From Candidatus Woesearchaeota archaeon (lineage in GTDB: Archaea > Nanobdellota > Nanobdellia > Pacearchaeales > GW2011-AR1), in assembly GCA_964530955.1 (NCBI GenBank), contig CAZHCL010000014.1, forward strand, positions 1 to 21,114: a DNA stretch of 21,114 bases, in the 5' to 3' direction. Shown here piece after piece: positions 15,884-21,114 of this stretch. The translations under genes and the position numbers were made by a program. Below the pieces are notes generated by a model. That model did not search any database and was not told the DNA's origin. It was given only the letters and a program-made list of their open reading frames with translations. Every line of letters starts with the position of its first letter. Position 1 is the first letter of the stretch.

Positions 15884-18520
15884 TCAATTCAATAATTTCT
15901 TTACTGCTTTAGTCTTCCAATTAAAATTAATAGGGTCTTTTCTTAATCGGTCTTTCATTTCCCATAAAGTAGACTTAGATACTTTGTGTCCTCTAGCTTC
16001 CTTAAAGGATATTTTCATTATCTTCTCAATCTTTTCCTTTTCAGATTTATATTCTAATGGTTTATCAAGCAATAAAGGTAATTGTTCTAAATTCTTTATT
16101 TCTTTTCCGATAAAGATTAATTCTGCTTCATTTACATGTCTTCTTTCAAGCTTACCGCTTTGAGTGCCATTAACAAATTTAGATTCGGGATGATTTGCAT
16201 ATTCTAAAATTGTATCTGCTAAGCTTTTCCAATATTCTAAACCTTTAAGGGTCTTTCCAGATTTGTAATCAATAAACTTTTCATAAACAGCAGATTGAGG
16301 ATTACTAGAATATGGAGCAATAGGCTTAACATTTCTATGATTCTTTTGACCAACTAGAAAGAAATTGAAAGGCTTAATCTGTTTTGATAATGGTTTATCC
16401 CTATTAAATTCCTTAAATCTTTTATAAATTGAAGGTGTCGAGACTGCAATCTTAGACATCGAATACAAAGAGGAGTATTTGTTTATGATATCTTCTTGAG
16501 TTATTATTTTATAATGTAATTTTAATATGTCTTCCCATATTTCTTTATGCCATTTCTCCCCATCCTTAAACTGTTTATCGAAGGGGTTTAGCAAATAGCC
16601 TAATCCATGAAGCTTAAAGTTGTCTTTCTCTATGATTATCTTATCATTTTCTATTCGATAAAGTACATATCTCTTTGCACTGATTCCATAGAACAAATAT
16701 TTTTCTTTCTCAATCTTGAAAAAGTCCTCATTAAATTCATAGGGATTAAGGGGCTTAAAGAGGACTTTTAGCCCTTCTGCATATTCTGAGGGAGCGTAAC
16801 AAGCGTCAGTATCCATATAGACATGGCAAGTATTTCTATCTTGAAGATACTTTTCTGCCATCGCTAAAAGAAGCCTAGCTCCCGCAACTTGCATAACTGC
16901 AATTAGTGGATTAAAGAACTTGCCCTCTTCTTCTACTTTCTGTTTAGTGAAAAATTGCTCCTTGCTATAAACAGTCAAATCACTATCTTTCTGCATAGTT
17001 CTAAGTTCGATAAATATACCATATGTCAAAGAATTAGCTAGAATCTTTACCGCTCTCTGCTTTCCGTCAAGTCTACTATATTCTTCTAAGACCTTTTGAA
17101 TTTTATCTCTTAATTCCTTAAAAGAATGTCTTTTCTCAATTAATATTTTTATAAAATTCTGTTCTCTTGGGTCTACTTCAATACCTAAAATATTAGTTTT
17201 CTTTAATGTCTCTTGCTTTCCAACTGGAATAAATCCAATAGCTCTTTTTATCTTAGGAATCTTGCCAGTTAATAACAAAGAAGCGATAACATCAGGCAAA
17301 GCATAATAAAGAGACTTGCCATATTTCAAATAATTAATTCCTACATTATACACGTCTCCTTTAGCGAGATAATTAGACCTTATTGGTAGAATATCCTCAT
17401 CAGGCTCTAACTCAACTAAGATATTCATTAACTTCCAGACATCTTTATTTGTTAAGCTCTCTAAGGTAATTCTATTCAACAATTCGATAGTTTCTTTTGT
17501 CATATCTTTTTCTTGAATCTCTTTAGCGATTACATAATCCCATAGACCCATGTTTATCGTGAGCGAAGGATACATACTTAGAAAATCTAAAACAGAGACC
17601 TCAATAGGAGTTTTTCTTATCTTTGTCTCACATCTTCCACCAAAATAAGCAGACATTAGTTGCCCTTTGACTTTTGCATTAATCTTTGTGCTGATTTTAG
17701 ATAATGGTTGTATTCCCATTTGTCTTAATGCACATTTTCCTAGAGAAGCGCTAGAGTATATTTTATTGAGATTACCTTTAATTTGGAATTTATCAAAATG
17801 TTTTTCTATATTCTTATACAATTCATAAGTTGAGACTAAATCATTAAGATTGTAGTCAAGATATTCTTCATTAATAACTCCGTGTTCTTTAGCTTTCTTC
17901 TTTATAGTCTCACATTCAAAGAATTTACCAGCGCTTTCTAAACTAGCGTGTTTATCATCCATGAATATAACTGATGGAGTTCTCAAATCTAAGAAATGAC
18001 CTTTAAACCTCTTAGAGAATTGAATAAAACTAATAGCCGAATCTATGCTCTTTATTTTCAGTCTAGGGAGAAACTTATTTTGTGATAGTTGAATAGAAAA
18101 CCAATCTCCTTTATGTGTATGCCTACTATCACTAAAATGTATAGCTAATCTGCTCAAATCAAAGGGAAGATTAAAGCCAACACATAAAGATTTAGCTTCA
18201 AGCATTTCAGGATAAAAGATATCTTCAATGAATCTTTCAACATCAAAGAGCTGAATGTTATTTTTATCGCAATACTTCTTAATAATTTCTAATTCTTCTT
18301 TAGTAAGGTTATCTTTATGGTAAAAAATTCCCGTTAAATTCTTCTGTGAGTTCTGAACTATCATAAAAGAGCCAAACTTTAAGTTTTGATATTCATCACT
18401 TGTTGTTTCAGTGTCAAATATAAGCAATCGAGTAAATTCATTATTCACTTCTGTGCCTTCCCATTTAAGTTTTTTGTTAGTCTCTTCTGTATAAGCTCTA
18501 ATTGCTATCTTATTTCTCAT
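15884..18520 (-). CDS. polB: Family B DNA polymerase, protein-primed/casposon-type, with 3'-5' exonuclease
   Basis: ExoI IFDTETT, ExoII GFNLPFD, ExoIII YNLND, YFGGRCE, motif A DFLSMYPS, motif B KILANSLTYG, motif C YMDTD, KRY; C-terminal HTH-like KVSKSTLWEMK. Confidence 0.95.
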   Translation of the reverse strand: MRNKIAIRAYTEETNKKLKWEGTEVNNEFTRLLIFDTETTSDEYQNLKFGSFMIVQNSQKNLTGIFYHKDNLTKEELEIIKKYCDKNNIQLFDVERFIEDIFYPEMLEAKSLCVGFNLPFDLSRLAIHFSDSRHTHKGDWFSIQLSQNKFLPRLKIKSIDSAISFIQFSKRFKGHFLDLRTPSVIFMDDKHASLESAGKFFECETIKKKAKEHGVINEEYLDYNLNDLVSTYELYKNIEKHFDKFQIKGNLNKIYSSASLGKCALRQMGIQPLSKISTKINAKVKGQLMSAYFGGRCETKIRKTPIEVSVLDFLSMYPSLTINMGLWDYVIAKEIQEKDMTKETIELLNRITLESLTNKDVWKLMNILVELEPDEDILPIRSNYLAKGDVYNVGINYLKYGKSLYYALPDVIASLLLTGKIPKIKRAIGFIPVGKQETLKKTNILGIEVDPREQNFIKILIEKRHSFKELRDKIQKVLEEYSRLDGKQRAVKILANSLTYGIFIELRTMQKDSDLTVYSKEQFFTKQKVEEEGKFFNPLIAVMQVAGARLLLAMAEKYLQDRNTCHVYMDTDACYAPSEYAEGLKVLFKPLNPYEFNEDFFKIEKEKYLFYGISAKRYVLYRIENDKIIIEKDNFKLHGLGYLLNPFDKQFKDGEKWHKEIWEDILKLHYKIITQEDIINKYSSLYSMSKIAVSTPSIYKRFKEFNRDKPLSKQIKPFNFFLVGQKNHRNVKPIAPYSSNPQSAVYEKFIDYKSGKTLKGLEYWKSLADTILEYANHPESKFVNGTQSGKLERRHVNEAELIFIGKEIKNLEQLPLLLDKPLEYKSEKEKIEKIMKISFKEARGHKVSKSTLWEMKDRLRKDPINFNWKTKAVKKLLN

Positions 18521-18833
18521 TGTTTAACTCATTAATCTTTTTTTCTCTTAGTTCACGTAAACATTCTATACCTAACTCAAAAAATCCAATAGAGCTAGTT
18601 ATAGCCATAATCTCTTTATCTTTTCTCAATTCAACTGGAAGAGAATCTTGAAAACAGCTAATAAAATCATGAAATTCTTTAAGTAGAGGTATTTGCTGTT
18701 CTGAGTTTATTCTTCCATGTACATGATGGCTTTCTATTTTCTGATTAGGCGCTTTCAAATTAACCTTATCCATCTTTCCCTTCTCTATTCTCTTTCTTCT
18801 ATTCCCTAAATATCTGGTTAAATCTTCATTCAT
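18510..18833 (-). CDS. HNH-like protein lacking Zn-finger cysteines
   Basis: Probable start MNEDL (ATG 18833) with SD GAGGTG; ESHHVHGRINSEQQIPLLKEFH; overlaps both neighbours. Confidence 0.7.
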   Translation of the reverse strand: MNEDLTRYLGNRRKRIEKGKMDKVNLKAPNQKIESHHVHGRINSEQQIPLLKEFHDFISCFQDSLPVELRKDKEIMAITSSIGFFELGIECLRELREKKINELNNEK

Positions 18834-19470
18834 CGGAATACACCTCATAGACTTCTGAATCTTCTTTTGATTCTTCAATATCTCGAACATTCTCAGGATT
18901 AGTTTCTAATCTGTGCCTCTTTCTGTAAATATCAATTATTATTTTATCTTTGAATGGTGTAAGATAGCTAGAATCTCCAGTTAAAAGATAATTCTTAACT
19001 GCATTGTAATAAGACCCAATCAAAGAAGCATATTTTGATTTGTTTACTATGATTGTGATTATTCTACCTTTTTCATAAATCTGCAAAGCTCTTTGTATTG
19101 AATCTGTTTTATTTGCTATCCATCTGCCCGACCTCTTCCTTATTGCTTTTCCTAGATAAATTAAAGTCTCAGATTGAGCAAAACCTATTTCTTCACAAGC
19201 AGATGATAGAGATTCCCCTTTTCTCATCTGTCTTAATATCTCTAAAGCCAAAATTCTTTTATGCTTTTGCTTAGCAGTTAGTAAAGTCCATCTTTTCTTA
19301 GACAAATCTAAATCGCTTAATCTTTTTTCTCTTAAAACTTTAAGAGATTCATTAGGAAAATAATCGTGAAGCCTTGTTATTCTTTTATAATATCTTGAAT
19401 TATTATTAACGTGTGTCTTCCAATGATTGAAAGACGAGTGTCTTGCTGAAAATCTACCTCTTTTTTCCAT
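18826..19470 (-). CDS. Basic HTH-containing protein of casposon type
   Basis: LEILRQMRKGESLSSACEEIGFAQSETL HTH; RSGRWIA…DSIQR…ASLIGSYYNAVKNYLLTGD…LETNP. Alternative GTG start at 19476. Confidence 0.8.
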   Translation of the reverse strand: MEKRGRFSARHSSFNHWKTHVNNNSRYYKRITRLHDYFPNESLKVLREKRLSDLDLSKKRWTLLTAKQKHKRILALEILRQMRKGESLSSACEEIGFAQSETLIYLGKAIRKRSGRWIANKTDSIQRALQIYEKGRIITIIVNKSKYASLIGSYYNAVKNYLLTGDSSYLTPFKDKIIIDIYRKRHRLETNPENVRDIEESKEDSEVYEVYSDE

Positions 19471-19527
19471 AGACACAAGAAAATAAAAATAAATTGTGTT
19501 TCGCTACTAGATAGCTCATCAGTATGG

Positions 19528-19758
19528 TTAATCTTCTACTTGTGCAGTAGGCAACTCTTTCTGTTTTTCATCTGTAGCTAAGAGAATCGTATAAGCTGGA
19601 CTTTTATCATCAAGCTTCTCTCCTTTCTTCGCTTCAAAAGGCATAACTATCACTCTAACAGTTTGCCCCGCAATCAATTCAACCACGCCAGAAAAGAACT
19701 TTTTGTTATTTTTCTCTTTGCGCCACAATGCGCCAATCTTTTTTAAAGCCATTTTCAA
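19528..19758 (-). CDS. DUF736-like small protein (putative ssDNA-binding)
   Basis: KIGALW.K…KFFSG…K…DKSPAYTI pattern; SD-like GGGGGTG upstream; TTGA overlap with the RHH gene. Confidence 0.65.
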   Translation of the reverse strand: MKMALKKIGALWRKEKNNKKFFSGVVELIAGQTVRVIVMPFEAKKGEKLDDKSPAYTILLATDEKQKELPTAQVED

Positions 19759-19928
19759 CTTGCACCCCCTTTCATGTTATTGTCTTCTTGCAAGAAATCT
19801 TTCAAGTGCTCATACAGCGCTGTTCTGATTATCTCAGCCTGTGAACAACCTCTATGTTCTGATGCTTTCCTTAAAACCCTTCGTAGAGCCTCAGGAAGGC
19901 ACACCAATAGTTTACTTGTTTCTATCAT
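19755..19928 (-). CDS. Ribbon-helix-helix (CopG-like) protein, 57 aa, not in ORF track
   Basis: Hand translation: MIETSKLLVCLPEALRRVLRKASEHRGCSQAEIIRTALYEHLKDFLQEDNNMKGGAS*. Confidence 0.85.
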   Translation of the reverse strand: MIETSKLLVCLPEALRRVLRKASEHRGCSQAEIIRTALYEHLKDFLQEDNNMKGGAS

Positions 19929-19943
19929 GGTAAAACTAGGCTA

Positions 19944-19961
19944 CCTATATTCTTATATAGG
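19944..19961. promoter_or_regulatory. Palindromic operator in the divergent promoter region
   Basis: CCTATAT-TCTT-ATATAGG between the RHH gene (-) and the HTH-HEAT gene (+). Confidence 0.55.
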
Positions 19962-20008
19962 CTTAATATCTAATATGATATAGATAGTATATACAAGATG
20001 AGACTAAA

Positions 20009-20155
20009 ATGAGTGAAAATGATAACGAAGACGTTGATGAAGCGATATTAAAAGCCGTAGAGGTGAGACAATTCATCAGAAGGAAAGATTTGCTCAAATT
20101 ATTATTGAAAGAAGATGAAAAAACTAAGTCGAATACAAAGCACAAAAATGGTTAA
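20009..20155 (+). pseudogene. N-terminal fragment (helices 1-2) of a winged-helix protein, 48 aa
   Basis: Hand translation MSENDNEDVDEAILKAVEVRQFIRRKDLLKLLLKEDEKTKSNTKHKNG*; it would join naturally to ISKATLNRHISNL at 20533. Confidence 0.55.
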
Positions 20156-20532
20156 CTCATATTATTTAACATCACACAAGCACACACTAAAAAGCACAGC
20201 GCACAAAACGCTGAGAAAGCACAACTAAAAGTGGTGAAATAGTGCTAAAACAGTACAAAAACGCTAAAATGACCATAAATAACCAAAATAACCCGCTAAA
20301 TACCACTAAATCCGACAAAAACAGCAGCGCTAAAAAGGGGAAAAAGGGGATTCAGGGGAAAAAATCAGCAAAAAATTACGCTAACGTAGCGCAAAGTCCC
20401 TTTATTTCACGTAAGCGTACGCATGAGCCCACGCTAGAGCGTACGCTACCAGCGCAGACGCCTATTTTTCCACAGCAGAGCACGGCGGAAATGGCGGATT
20501 TGTGGGCGGAAGAGGACATAAAAAAGCTGGAT
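20153..20532. other. Compositionally anomalous ~380-bp segment interrupting the HTH-HEAT gene
   Basis: A/C-rich with ~10-bp phased A-tracts, then G4 runs, then a GC-rich CGCT/AGCG palindrome array. Boundaries are approximate. Confidence 0.55.
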
Positions 20533-21114
20533 ATATCTAAAGCAACACTGAATAGGCACATTTCTAACTTAATAGGGCTGAAAAAACTTATTACAATTAA
20601 GTCAGAAGATTTTAGAAAGTTTGGATTGACAGAAACAGACAAAAAAGCCCGTTTTCTAACACTAGCTAGAAATGATTCTCTTCCAAAATACTACAATTTA
20701 GTTCTATCTTCATTAAAGAGCGAAGACCCAACTATGAAGAAAAACGCCCTTATTGAACTTGAATCAATGAACTCTATTAGTCTGTTGCCTAGCCAACTAA
20801 CCAATTTAGTCTCAAAGTTATTAAAAGAAAGCTATGAGATAAGTGAAAGAATAATCAGAGTAATTTATAACAATTTTCAGAAAGGAATTGTACCATCAAA
20901 CTTAAACAAACTTCAAAATAATTTAATCTTGTTCTACGAAAAGAATAAAGAAAAGACAAATCAAAACACTAAAACTTCAATAATGTTCATGCTAGGAGTG
21001 CTAGGCAATAAGAAAATAATTAAGTTTCTCAAAGAAGATATAATCAAAAATAAAACTTATAATGACTTGCAACTGGAAGGTTATATTAGTTGGTTTGTTG
21101 CTAAAGTAATTGAT
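20242..21114 (+). CDS. HTH recognition helix + HEAT-like repeat protein (casposon HTH-HEAT type), runs off the window, not in ORF track
   Basis: Frame open from 20215 to the end. Candidate starts: GTG 20242 (SD GGTGA at 20233), ATG 20269, ATG 20491. ISKATLNRHISNLIGLKKL…LSSLKSEDPTMKKNALIEL. Confidence 0.75.
   Translation, partial: MLKQYKNAKMTINNQNNPLNTTKSDKNSSAKKGKKGIQGKKSAKNYANVAQSPFISRKRTHEPTLERTLPAQTPIFPQQSTAEMADLWAEEDIKKLDISKATLNRHISNLIGLKKLITIKSEDFRKFGLTETDKKARFLTLARNDSLPKYYNLVLSSLKSEDPTMKKNALIELESMNSISLLPSQLTNLVSKLLKESYEISERIIRVIYNNFQKGIVPSNLNKLQNNLILFYEKNKEKTNQNTKTSIMFMLGVLGNKKIIKFLKEDIIKNKTYNDLQLEGYISWFVAKVID

Larger units (their letters stand above)
14119..21114. mobile_element. Casposon-like (family 2-type) self-synthesizing element, partial
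   Basis: tRNA 3'-end target, TIR-like end, protein-primed-type PolB + HNH-like + HTH + HTH-HEAT gene set. The integrase is not visible. Confidence 0.75.

Noticed and set aside
15884-18520. Host replicative PolB or a provirus
   Set aside because: Motif style and neighbours fit a mobile protein-primed-type enzyme, and no capsid or packaging genes are visible. A pipolin-like or viral identity cannot be fully excluded without the flank.
20337-20358. G-quadruplex
   Set aside because: Only three G-runs, too few for a standard intramolecular quadruplex.
20153-20532. Intein, BHB intron or TIR-bounded IS as the explanation for the insert
   Set aside because: The length is not a multiple of 3, there is an in-frame stop, there are no intein motifs, no bulge-helix-bulge pairing of the junctions, and no terminal inverted repeats or clear duplication.
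378-20642. Antisense or nested ORFs in the track (e.g. 378-674, 1560-1904, 2673-2903, 3822-4241, 5903-6301, 10211-10537, 15404-15760, 15873-16163, 19774-19983, 19963-20145, 20376-20642)
   Set aside because: They are shadows of better-supported genes on the other strand or frame and have no motifs of their own.
14119-21114. CRISPR array or cas1 gene within the window
   Set aside because: I saw no repeat-spacer periodicity and no Cas1-like ORF. The casposase is only predicted to lie outside.
14146-21114. Second (right) TIR inside the window
   Set aside because: No …ATATACCCC found by eye. The CCCCC at 19764 is an SD on the minus strand, and the GGGG runs at 20337-20358 lack the rest of the motif.

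Overview
AT-rich archaeal chromosome segment. The host is most likely a DPANN lineage (Pacearchaeota/Woesearchaeota-like); this is inferred from an FtsZ2-type ftsZ, TATA-driven leaderless genes, a tandem Lrp and CCA-less tRNAs. Bases 1-9905 are mostly housekeeping: TPM-domain protein, LemA, gatA, MBL-fold hydrolase, DHH phosphoesterase, ftsZ, double Lrp/AsnC, an ADP-ribosyltransferase-like protein and a nitroreductase. Bases 10005-14109 are an accessory hotspot built around tRNA-Gly(GCC), tRNA-Val(TAC) and tRNA-Val(CAC), with an AbrB/RelE toxin-antitoxin pair and orphan genes, two of them bracketed by direct repeats. A casposon-like self-synthesizing element starts just after tRNA-Val(CAC) (14119 to past the window end). 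It has a GGGG-starting terminal sequence, a candidate 15-bp target duplication, an intact protein-primed-type family B DNA polymerase, a Cys-less HNH-like protein, an HTH protein, a DUF736-like protein, an RHH protein missed by the ORF track, and an HTH-HEAT gene split by an odd ~380-bp segment. The integrase (expected Cas1 casposase) and the far end are not in the window, so the casposon call is a strong inference, not a proof.
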